Source: Caecitellus pseudoparvulus (Eukaryota; Protista; Bigyra: Bicosoecida). From it: DNA of 64,000 bases. The DNA is taken from positions 124,001 to 188,000 of the forward strand of contig CBFFRQ010000030.1 in the NCBI GenBank assembly GCA_965644315.1, read 5' to 3'. The position numbers and the translations under genes were made by a program. Under the pieces are notes generated by a model. It did no database searches, was not told where the DNA came from, and worked only from the letters and a program-made list of their open reading frames with translations. Below are positions 28,451-38,252 of the stretch, one piece after another. How positions within the stretch are numbered: position 1 is the stretch's first letter; each line of letters opens with the position of its first letter.

Positions 28451-31357
28451 TCAGTACTCAACACTAGCTTCTGCTGGACATGGCTGGGTCAGCTGCTCAG
28501 CTGCATCTGCAGGCACTGTGCCTTCCTCCGACCCGCTGTGACTGGGACTGCCCTGCTGAGACTGCTGCACGCGCTGCGGCAGGCCAGGTCTCACCACGCT
28601 GCCTGCCGGAAACAGCAGCTCCCTCACTGCCAGGTCCTCGTGCAGGGTGTCCCCGTCGGTGTACGCGACAGTCACAACCAGACTGAGCAGGGGGGGTGCC
28701 GCTCGGCGCTGCCTGCCACGGCTAGCTCGAACCTTGGCAGGCGGGGACTTGAGGGGAGAGGCGCCTGCATCGCTGGGTGCGGGGGCAATGAAGGCCAGTT
28801 GCAGAGGAGGGGGGGCGCGGGGGGGGGGCACCCGGGCCCCCCACGCATGCACGCGAAGCCTGCCGCCAGAGCCAGACGCCCACAGAGCCTCGCCAGCCAC
28901 GCGGCACATGACCTGCGCGTCTAGCCAGGCTGCCACAGCAGACAGAGTGTGCAGCAGTAGAGCGTTCGCAACACAGAACGTGCGAGGAACCGTGCCTGCA
29001 CTGCCCAGCGGCGCCGCAAGCACGTCACGAGCCCAATCCGCAACACTGCTGGCAAGGCCACTCAGCGTCTTGCAGTACGTATCGCCGCCAGTGCACTGTA
29101 CGGTGTCTGCGTCGCGCAGCACAGTGTGCAGACTGGCTGGCTTGCGTTGGCCTGCCAGATGGATGCGTTGCTGCGGCTTGACTTGGCGACACAGCGGCCG
29201 AACGCGCAGAATGCACTCCACATTGACCCCCTCGTGGCCGTCAACCGCATCGGCATCTCCCACCACGCCAGTTTCACTGCAAGTGCCTTGCCACGCCGCA
29301 TCGCCCAACTTCAGTTGCAAACGCTGCGTGAGCCCTGCGCACCACGGCGCAGCTTCGTTCTGGCGGCCCTGCACGGGGCCTGAACACGCAGAAGCAACCA
29401 GTAATTCTCCGAGAGCAGCAAGCGACACCTCCACGGGGCCTGAACAGAGCACTTCTTCGGGGTCGCACGCAGTCCTGCGACCTGCACAGTGCCGGCACCA
29501 CCAACGCCACAACGCCTTCCAGGCAGCACTGCCCTCCCCGGCCCGAACTGCATGCAGCCACCTAGTCAACAGGACGTACCCCAGACGCCCGACCCACACG
29601 TCTGAAAACGACTGCATCTCGCCTCCGTGGCCGCTCTGCAGGTTTCCCAGCCAGTCCACGACCTGCCCTGTCGTCATCGTCGGCCGCCACCTGAACATGG
29701 GCGGGAGGGACTGCTCTTCGCCGCGCTGGTGTGCCGTCGATCGCGGGGCCTGCGTCGATGCCTGAGATGCAGGTGCTGCACGCGCGCTTGCGGGCTTTCG
29801 CTTTGCTTTTAGTGGCGCACTGGCTCTACTCCCAGCATGCGCGGCGGCGCGGTCTGCAGTTCCGCTAGTTGCCGCCAGTGCAGCGGCAACTGTGCGTCGA
29901 CGAGCCCGCAACGCCCGCCCCGGCACTGCATCTTCGCGGCCGGGCGGAGCTTCGTTGTGTGACGCCAGGGCAGCCAAGGCACGAGGGCGCTTGGTGCCCT
30001 GGCGTCGCGGGCGGCGTGGCTGCGTGGGCGGCGTTGGCGAGCCTTGAGCGGGAGCTGCCAGCCGTTCCGCCGCTCGTGCCAAGGCCTGCTGTACGCGGGA
30101 AGCCAGACTCTGCTCAAAACCCTGCGACTCCACGACGTCTGCGCCCTGCTCACTTTGCTCTGCTGCATCGCTGCGGCGGCTGCCGATGGCACTGTCCGTA
30201 TCGCTGGCAGAGCTGTGAGGCGAAGGCAGGCCCTGCGTCTGGGACAAGCCTGAAGACGTCGACCCTGCAGCGGACGGTGGAGACTGCAGCGACAAGTCTG
30301 GTGTGCCTGTGGCTCGCCTTGGCTCCACCGCTGCTCCAAACGAGGACAGCGACGCGGAGGAAGGAGACAGGGGTGACAGTGGGGGTGCTCGTGCCTCGCG
30401 ACGCAGGGTGGGACGATCCGCGCCGTGCGATGGCTCCGACAGCGACAGTGATGGGCCCATGTCGGTCGACTCGCCCACGGGGCCTGTTCGCCGCTCCGCC
30501 CTGACCGGTGCGTGGGGCACTCCCACAACACCCCCAGACCCGGGTGCAGACCCGGACAGTGACAGGGTGCCCAGCCCTGCACGGGCAGTGACATCAGCCG
30601 TCAAGGACAGCGTTGCAAAGCTGCCTGCTGTCTGTTCCTCCTGCGTTACCGTCGGCGGCGTGCGCCCAGCTCGGCTGTGACCCGCCAACGCGGCTGTCAG
30701 TCTGGTTTCATGGCCGGAGCCGTACGCCCGTGGCGCCTGAGGGGGTGACAGAGTTGGCGATGCTGCAGTCAGCGAGGGAGGAGGCGGCACTGCTGGTGAG
30801 GGGCAGGCGGCCTCGGCTGCGGGCTGACCCCGCTCTGGGCTTTCAGGCACACCCCGGCTGGCTGCGCTGGCGCCACCCCCCCTCGCACCTGATGGGTCCC
30901 ACACAGATGCCGCTGGGTCTGGCGCTGCGCCTTGCAACGGCTGGCCATGGCCGCTGCCCTTCAGCACCTGAGCTGTAGCTGGGCCGCCTGCGGCGGGGTC
31001 GCCGTCACCCACCCCCTCGCCGTCGTCGTCGCTCTCGAGAATGGTGGCCTGGGAGCCGCAAGCAGCCACACCACACGCACCCGGGCCGAGCGTTGCTTCA
31101 GACTGGCCCTCCAGTGTGGCCACAGCCGTCACTCTGTGAGATGCACTCAGTGAGTGGGTGTATGCACCCTCACACTGTGTGGCGAGCAGCTGCGAGTCCC
31201 CGGCGGAGGCACGACCACCTGCCCCTGCCCTGGCAGCAGGCACCTGTGCCACTGCAGGGCCCAAGGCCACCCCCCCTGCGCCAGCATCCTGACTGGAGGA
31301 CGCAGGTATACTGTACTGAAAAATGGCTCCCCCGACGGTGCTGTCCATGCCTTCCAC
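28451..31357 (-). CDS. Hypothetical protein (968 aa): disordered SQ/TQ-containing N-half, globular C-half
   Basis: Long uninterrupted ORF, low-complexity N-half with a basic NLS-like segment (PRRPRRQGTKRPR), Trp/Cys-rich C-half. No family recognised. Confidence 0.65.
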   Translation of the reverse strand: MEGMDSTVGGAIFQYSIPASSSQDAGAGGVALGPAVAQVPAARAGAGGRASAGDSQLLATQCEGAYTHSLSASHRVTAVATLEGQSEATLGPGACGVAACGSQATILESDDDGEGVGDGDPAAGGPATAQVLKGSGHGQPLQGAAPDPAASVWDPSGARGGGASAASRGVPESPERGQPAAEAACPSPAVPPPPSLTAASPTLSPPQAPRAYGSGHETRLTAALAGHSRAGRTPPTVTQEEQTAGSFATLSLTADVTARAGLGTLSLSGSAPGSGGVVGVPHAPVRAERRTGPVGESTDMGPSLSLSEPSHGADRPTLRREARAPPLSPLSPSSASLSSFGAAVEPRRATGTPDLSLQSPPSAAGSTSSGLSQTQGLPSPHSSASDTDSAIGSRRSDAAEQSEQGADVVESQGFEQSLASRVQQALARAAERLAAPAQGSPTPPTQPRRPRRQGTKRPRALAALASHNEAPPGREDAVPGRALRARRRTVAAALAATSGTADRAAAHAGSRASAPLKAKRKPASARAAPASQASTQAPRSTAHQRGEEQSLPPMFRWRPTMTTGQVVDWLGNLQSGHGGEMQSFSDVWVGRLGYVLLTRWLHAVRAGEGSAAWKALWRWWCRHCAGRRTACDPEEVLCSGPVEVSLAALGELLVASACSGPVQGRQNEAAPWCAGLTQRLQLKLGDAAWQGTCSETGVVGDADAVDGHEGVNVECILRVRPLCRQVKPQQRIHLAGQRKPASLHTVLRDADTVQCTGGDTYCKTLSGLASSVADWARDVLAAPLGSAGTVPRTFCVANALLLHTLSAVAAWLDAQVMCRVAGEALWASGSGGRLRVHAWGARVPPPRAPPPLQLAFIAPAPSDAGASPLKSPPAKVRASRGRQRRAAPPLLSLVVTVAYTDGDTLHEDLAVRELLFPAGSVVRPGLPQRVQQSQQGSPSHSGSEEGTVPADAAEQLTQPCPAEASVEY

Positions 31358-31589
31358 TTGAACGCAAGCGCAGCTGGAAGGCGCGGGCTCTGCGTTTCAC
31401 CTACGAAACTCCACCGCCACCTGGCCTTGACCATGAACGACGGCACGGGCCTACCAGCGAGCATGGATGTGCACCAGCCCCGAGCAAATCCCAGAGCTGA
31501 TGCTTGCATTTGAGGGCTTGATTTTAAGCCCTACTGCCCGCACCGCGCCGGAAGCACACGCAGACCACAGCACACGCCACACCGCTACA

Positions 31590-34462
31590 CTACACGTTTC
31601 CACCCAGCGCATCTTCCAGGCTGATTTTCTTCCCGCCAAACATGCTGGCGGCTTCCTCCCGTGCAGACTGCGCAGTGGAGCTGAGGTGGGCCCGGCCAGC
31701 CATGAGTGCCCACGACATCCACGACGTGTGGCGATACACTGCCACCGTGCCTGACTCCTGCCCCTCCTCCAGGTCCACGTCGCCCTGCAAGTGGCAGTGG
31801 AAGAAGCGCGCGGCAAGGTGGAAGTCGTGGGCCTGCAGCCAGCCCTCCATGCGGCTCTCCACGGCGTCGAACATGACAATGTGTGTGGGCAGGTCGCCCG
31901 TGCTCGGCAAATCGGTCTCGTCGTGTGTGGCGTTGAAGGTGCGGCCCTCACGAGCCGCAGACACTTCCTGCGCCGCAACGTGCGCTTGCATCCATGCATC
32001 CAAGTCGTCAAAGGCGGGCAGCTGCAGCCCCGACACTGGCCCAGCATACCGGGCATCGGCAGCTGCCACCAGTGGCTCGTGAACTGGCAGGGGTGGAGGC
32101 GGGGGGGATGGCGACCGCCCGTACCACAGCCTCAGGGCAAAGTCCATGGGGTCCCGCAAGAAACGCTCCGAGTCACTGCCGCGCGCGAGCCGTGCACGGG
32201 GCGGGCAGTCCACCTGCACCAGCCCGATGGGCTCGTGCACGAGGGAGAAGAAGGGGGCGTTGTGGCACCCCACCCACATGTGCACCTTCATCGGCACAAA
32301 CTCTGGGCGGGCGCGAGGGGCGCCAGAGTCCCGCTCCAGCAGCACGTTGCCCCAGGGATCCAGGCGCACCAGTCCCAGCCGGACTGCCACGTCTGTGGCA
32401 TCCCACTCCAACAGCCGGTCACGCACCCAGTCCACAGCACCGCGCCACCAGGGCGCCGCACCCCACGCATCCAGGTCCAGCTCCCATCCGTGCCTGTACC
32501 GGCCAGCGCCCGGCCCAGAAGGGGGTGGCATGTTGGGGTGCATGTGCACCCCCTTCCCCTGCGCCAGGGCGGCCTCAGTGGGCTTGAAGGTCAGGGACCG
32601 TGGGCCTGCCAGGGGCCGGTGGCGCAGGACGATGTTATCGGACGTGGGTGACCCCAAGCCCAGGCGCAGCGGCTCGCCTAGGAAGCCGGTGTGCACTTCG
32701 TGCCGAATGTACTGGATGTCGTGGTACTGGTGCCCCGAGCCCCGGGAGCTGGGTGGCTCGTACACGGTGCCTGGCCAGCGCCGGAACGCCTCCGCCTCCG
32801 CCGCAATCCACTCCACAGCCGCCACTGGGCCGCGCTGGTGCCACAGAGCCAAGTACACGAACCCCACCGCGTTCAGCGACACAGTGAAGGCCAGCGCAGC
32901 GTAGAACATGAAACCAGGCCCAGTGGCACGCTTGGCAGGCTGAGGAGGGGCGCGAGGGGTATCCCCTGATGCCTCTAACTCCCGGGAGGGGGGTTCCACG
33001 GGGGGAGATGGCGCCCCCTCGTCGGCCAGACTCACTCGATGCCGAAGGCCTGCCGTGGCGTCGCCATCCCCCTCGGCAGATGGCATGGCACTGTCACCGC
33101 CCTCGGGGCTGTCGCCGTCCCTGGCGCTGTCTGCTGCCACGGGAGCAGGCGCAGAGTCGGCCGGGCCATCCCCCACCGCCAGGCTGGCAAGGCCGACACC
33201 CGCCACCATCAGGGGGACGGGCATGAGGGGCAGGAGGAACCTGAACTCCTTGTGGCCTGGCAGGGAGTACAGCCCCGTGCTGTACACGAGCAGCAGGAGG
33301 AACGGCGCCAGCCCCCACCGGAGCTGGCTTTCCCGGAGCGTGGTAGCCATGCCGAACAGGAACAGCGGGAGAGAGGGGCCCAGCATGGCGGGCAGGCCTT
33401 GTGTGACGTACCAGTGCCAGGGGTGTGTGCCGTACAGGACGTTCAGGCCTCGCAGCATGTTGAAGTTGACGAAATTGAGAGGCACCACCTCAAACACCGC
33501 CCCCGCATACACAGCAGAGTCGAGGGCAACGAGCCCTACCACGACCGCCACAGCGACGCCTGCACCGCCTAGGGTGGCCTTCACTGCGCTGGCAAGGCTG
33601 CGCTGCCGAACCACGAGCCAAGCACCTAAGAAAGCCCACACGACGCCGGATGTGGGTCGCACGATAATGGACGCGCCTCCAAGGGCAGCCGCCACCAGGC
33701 ACTTCCATGGCAGGCCAGCGGGGCCCTTATGCCAGTCGTACAGCTCCAGGTGGGGAAGAGGGCGCTTGGAGCGCTTGGCAGCCGCCACTTCGTCCTCGCT
33801 GGGCACTTCAGGCAGCGGCCAGAGCGCCAGGCCCGCCCATGTGAGGGCCGCCTCGACGCTGTTGGAGTACGTGCGTACCATGGTGTAGGGGATGAAGTAT
33901 GTGATGAGGTGCATGAAGAAGGCCCACCTGCCGCGGTGCTGTCCCAGCACACGCAAGAAGACGGCGGCGACGGCACAGTCTGCCGCGGTGGCCACGAGCG
34001 CCTGCATGAGGCGTGGAACGAAGGCCACTGCGAAGTTCGTGTCCAGCCCCACGGCAGACAGCAGCACCATGGGCGCCGCATAGAGACTTGGGTGGATCCA
34101 TCCCCGAATGCGCGCGGAAGGCAGCCACTCCCAGGATCTGTGCGCGCAGAGGGGCCGCGGGTGCCGCCGAGCGTGATGCGGAAGTAGACAGCCAGCACCA
34201 GGCATGCTCACAGGAAACCGTAGCCGAACGCGACGCGGTGGGCCACCTCAGGGCCCTGCCAGTACTCGTCCGGATTGAAGTACGTCCGAACCAGCAAAGC
34301 ATTCAGCAGTCGCAGCATGAGCAGGGCGTACACAGCGCCATCGTTCAGCTGAAGCTGCCGTGGGCCAGCGGGTGGTTGGTCAGGCGCCACAGCGCCTGCC
34401 CTGCCTCGGCTGCGGCTCACTCGGAATGGCGTGAGCCATTCTAAGAACAGGAGGGAAACCAT
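31590..34462 (-). CDS. PIGB: GPI mannosyltransferase 3 (PIG-B, glycosyltransferase family 22)
   Basis: RTYFNPDEYWQGPEVAH..FGYGFL|SWEW, RTYSNS, IVRPT, YGTHPWHWY, HKEFRFLLP, HQRG. Intron 34138-34211. Start codon tentative. Confidence 0.93.
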
Positions 34463-34610
34463 CCTTCCGTGCAGAGACGGAGCCGGAAGCTGCAACGCAC
34501 GGCGCGGCACTTCGGGTGAGCATCTGAATTGCCGGCGGAGGCACACTGCAGGGCTGGCCCAGCGCCGGAGAGGGGAGGGTCAGCACTCCCCAGCCCGGAA
34601 CACAGGCAGC

Positions 34611-35570
34611 CTACAGCTGGTCCGTGGTGATGAAACGATTCCCCTCGCTGTGTTTGCCATCGTAGGAACTCCTTGAGTACGCCAGGAAGGCAGAGGGCTT
34701 GCGCGTGGCGGGGGCCGCCTCGGCGGCGACAGCACTTGCGGCAACGGGAGACGCTGTGGCGGAGCCACCCTCTTCGCCCTTGGCGTGCGCATGCCCTCCA
34801 GAGGAAGACAGGCCCCCGTCCATGCCAGAGGATGCCCGGCGGGACCCCGTGCCCGCCTGGCCAGCCACACCTGACGTGCGCCTGGCAGCCGCAGCAGCAC
34901 TCTTGCGCACAGCCAGGAACTTGCCCTTGGCTGCCGCCTCCTCCCGCTCGGCAGTGGAGACGGGCGTCGCGTCCAGGAAGGCCAGTGCCGGCATGCGGTA
35001 GATGATGTACAGTCGGTAGCGCTTGGCGCGAGCGATGTCCTCTTGCGACAGGGCCACCATGGGCGGGGAGGCTGGGTTGCGCATCAGGCTGAGCGTCGTC
35101 AAGCCGGGAAAGTTGCTGGTGACAGAGTCCATGAACGCTGCCAAGTCATGCACCTGGTTGTTGTTGAACCAGAGCTCTTTCAGGGCAGGCAGGCTGGGCG
35201 CGCCGTCCAGCCCCTCCAGTCCGTTCTTGTCCAGGATGAGAGTGGTCAGCCCCGTGAGGGCCTCGAAGCCCTCCCAAGACGTCAACGCGTTCTCGGACAG
35301 GTTCAGAGTCTTGACTGCCTCCCCTGCCGCAGCCACGTGAGGCGGCAGGGCGCTGAGCCCCGCGTCAACGAACGCTGCGTCGCCAGTGGTGTCGTCAAAC
35401 CTGCGCGCAGAGAAGTCGGATGTGCCAGTGCACAGTCGTGTAAGCTTGGCAGCTGAGCTGGGGGGCGCTCTCCACCTCGCGCGTGCAGCGCAAGCCTCAG
35501 AAAAGCCACGCTGGCCCTGCGTTGAGCCAGCGTTTCGCCGGTCCAAGGCACTCCAGGAAACTCACGCCAT
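34611..35570 (-). CDS. LRMDA: Leucine-rich repeat protein, LRMDA (C10orf11)-like
   Basis: Five-nt first coding exon ATGGC, then intron 35401-35565. LRRs (LNLSEN, LILDKN, LWFNNN, LSLMRNP), YRLYIIYRMPALAFLD and the characteristic C-terminus YDGKHSEGNRFITTDQL. Confidence 0.82.
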
Positions 35571-36159
35571 GCTGCACGGTGCAAAGCCGATGTGTTGGAA
35601 GTGCCCAACAAACACTCGACGTTCCCTCGATCGCGCACACTGCAGATGAGCGAGTCAAACCCTGTCGCAGGTCCCGAGGAGAGGACGCAGCTGGAGGAAT
35701 CGGTCAGGTGCAGCTGTACCTTCGCGCAGTCTTGGCAAGGAACTCCCCGCGGCGGCAAGCAAGCGCTGCAAGGCGGCTTAGAGAAAATGTGCGCCCAAAC
35801 AGACCAGGAACTTTTGATGTACACAGGAAGTTGCTCTGCGCACGACTGTGCCATGGCGCTTGTTGACGTGGAAATGTGCGAGGTTCTCCTGCAGCTTTCG
35901 ATTTCCCTGTCGCATTTTGATGCCAGAGCGACATTTACAAGCTTTTCTCGCAATCTTTTCACGACATTTGGCAGGAGGTCACAATTCAAAGAAGAAGCAA
36001 GCTCCCCGGAACACCCACTGCCGCCCTACCGCACATTGACCCTTTGGTGCTGCTCTGTCATTGGCTTTCCGAGCGGCCAGAGCCAGGGCACCAGACAGGA
36101 ACCTCTTGCAGCCGCTTGGCGTGGTGGGCGTCAACTCGGCGGCACTGGCCAGGAGAAGC

Positions 36160-38193
36160 ATGGCTGCAGTGTACCACGTGGAGCTGCGAGATGCAATTGA
36201 AGAAGAGGTGACAGTTGCTGGCGCCCCTGCTCCGGAGGCAGCCTGCGCGTCGGCAGGGGAGGGTGAAGGGGATGCCTCAGCAACTTCCGCAAGCCAAGCG
36301 GCAGCCGAGGACGGCGACAGGCAGGAAGAGGGCAGCGCCGCGGCAGCCGCCCCCAAGGAATCCAGCCACTCAACAGAACTCAAGAGCCAGGTCTTCTTCA
36401 CAGGTGCAGCGTGCAGTGTGTACAGGGGTGTCCTGCGCCTGTGGCACACTCGACAGCACTCTGACGACCACCCAGGGCTCACGGCAGTGTGCATCCTGGC
36501 TGTCCCCTCGCGGTACACCATTGCAGACTTCTGCAAGTGGCTGGGCTCCGTTGAGGAGCACTGCCTGCACGTGCGTTTCCTGCGGGACAGTGACCCCTCC
36601 CGTTTCATGGTGCTGCTGCAGCTGGACACGCCCGAGGCAGCTGCAGACATCATCGCCCGGCGCAGCGGCAAGCCCTTCACCAGCATGGAGTCCGAAGTCT
36701 GCCACATTCTCTACCTCGCCTCAGCAGTCGTCGACCTGCGGCAACAGAAGGAGGCAGACGTCCCATCCTGGCATGCCGCAGCGGGCGCTGGCAGCTCTGC
36801 CCCGGCGCTGGGCACTGTGACGGTGGTGGGAGGAAGGCAGGCAGCCCCTGCCGTGCCCACCTCACACCGGGCCCCACCCAGCACGGGGGCAGCACGTGAC
36901 ACCGAGGAGGAGGTGGCCACGGCTCCCATTCGTCAATTCGACCCCTTCCGTTTGGACGAGGGAGGGCGAGCGCTGCCTGCCAGCCACCCCCCCCTGGCGG
37001 CCGGTGTGTCTGAGGACGCGGACCCCACGGCAAGCCCCGACGGCGAGCAGACAGACGCGCAGGCGTCCCTGCCGCAGCCCCCCAAGACGCCCGAGCTGCC
37101 TTCCTGCGTGGTGTGCTTGGAGCGGCTGGACCGCGCAGTCAGCGGCCTCGTCACGACTGCCTGCAACCACTCCTTCCACAGGCACTGTCTGGTGCAGTGG
37201 GAAGGGGCGTCCTGCCCAGTGTGCCGTTTCGCGTTCGGGGGGGACGACGACGACGCCAGCCCAGAGTGTGACATGTGTAGCTCTCGGGCTGACCTGTGGA
37301 TGTGCCTCATCTGCGGGCACGTGGGCTGTGGCAGGTACAATGCCTGCCATGCCCTGGACCACTTCAACAGCACTGGCCACGCGTACGCACTAGAACTCAG
37401 CACACAGCGCGTGTGGGACTACGCTGGGGACGGCTGGGTGCATCGCCTGATCCAGAACAAGACGGATGGGAAGGTGGTGGAGCTGCCCGACCCGGGACAG
37501 GTGCAGCGGAGCGAGGGTGAGGCTGGTCCATCTGGCCCACCGGCAGGAGGGGAGGCGGCGCCCCACCCCGGCATGGTGCGGTCACGGATAGGGCCCGCGA
37601 CGGATGTGACGCCTGACAGCGCCACAGCTGCCAAGCTGGGCGGGCTGGCGTTTGAGTACAACCAGTTGCTGACGAGCCAGCTGGAGGTGCAGCGGGAGTA
37701 CTTTGAGGCGAGGCTGGCGGAGGCTGTGGAGGATGCCGCCGACCAGGTTGAAGCCATGTCTGCTCGCCTGGCGTCTGCCGTGGCCAAGGCGGAGGCGCTG
37801 GAGTCCGAGCTGCAGGGTGTCAAGGCGTCTGAGCGGGTTGCCAAGAAGCGTGCCGTCATCGCCACCAACACCTCCTCCGCCCTGCAGGCAGAAGTGTCCC
37901 TGCTGCGTGAGATGAATGCGGCGCTGGAGAAGGACCAGGCCGGGTGGGCGCAGCAAGTGGAGGCTGCGCAGGCGGCTGCCAAGGCTGCCGTTGCCAAGGG
38001 GCAGGAGGAGGTGGAGGACCTCAAGGCGCAGGTACGCGACTTAATGTTCTCCCTCGAAACCCGTGAGCGTGTGGAGGCCGCCCCGAACAAGGCGGAACTG
38101 CAAGACAGCGTCGTGCTCGTGACAGAGCGCACAGGTCACGGGGGGGGCCGCCGCCGGCCCAAGGCGGGGAGTGGCCGCAGACGGCGGGGCTGA
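36160..38193 (+). CDS. BRAP: BRCA1-associated protein BRAP2/IMP (E3 ligase: BRAP2 domain, RING-H2, ZnF-UBP, coiled coil)
   Basis: VCILAVP..FMVLL..GKPFTSMESEVCH, ELPSCVVCLERLD..CNHSFH..CPVCR, LWMCLICGHVGCGRY..HA..H, QRVWDYAGDGWVHRLIQNKTDGK, EYNQLLTSQLEVQREYFE. Confidence 0.95.
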   Translation: MAAVYHVELRDAIEEEVTVAGAPAPEAACASAGEGEGDASATSASQAAAEDGDRQEEGSAAAAAPKESSHSTELKSQVFFTGAACSVYRGVLRLWHTRQHSDDHPGLTAVCILAVPSRYTIADFCKWLGSVEEHCLHVRFLRDSDPSRFMVLLQLDTPEAAADIIARRSGKPFTSMESEVCHILYLASAVVDLRQQKEADVPSWHAAAGAGSSAPALGTVTVVGGRQAAPAVPTSHRAPPSTGAARDTEEEVATAPIRQFDPFRLDEGGRALPASHPPLAAGVSEDADPTASPDGEQTDAQASLPQPPKTPELPSCVVCLERLDRAVSGLVTTACNHSFHRHCLVQWEGASCPVCRFAFGGDDDDASPECDMCSSRADLWMCLICGHVGCGRYNACHALDHFNSTGHAYALELSTQRVWDYAGDGWVHRLIQNKTDGKVVELPDPGQVQRSEGEAGPSGPPAGGEAAPHPGMVRSRIGPATDVTPDSATAAKLGGLAFEYNQLLTSQLEVQREYFEARLAEAVEDAADQVEAMSARLASAVAKAEALESELQGVKASERVAKKRAVIATNTSSALQAEVSLLREMNAALEKDQAGWAQQVEAAQAAAKAAVAKGQEEVEDLKAQVRDLMFSLETRERVEAAPNKAELQDSVVLVTERTGHGGGRRRPKAGSGRRRRG

Positions 38194-38252
38194 CGCAGCT
38201 GCCGTGCATTGCGCCAGTGCTGGACGTGTACGGTCCGCACTGGATTGGTGTG

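Noticed and set aside
35592-36200. 202-aa + strand ORF and 228-aa - strand ORF between LRMDA and BRAP
   Set aside because: They lie in a divergent promoter region, overlap neighbouring genes and have no recognisable motifs.
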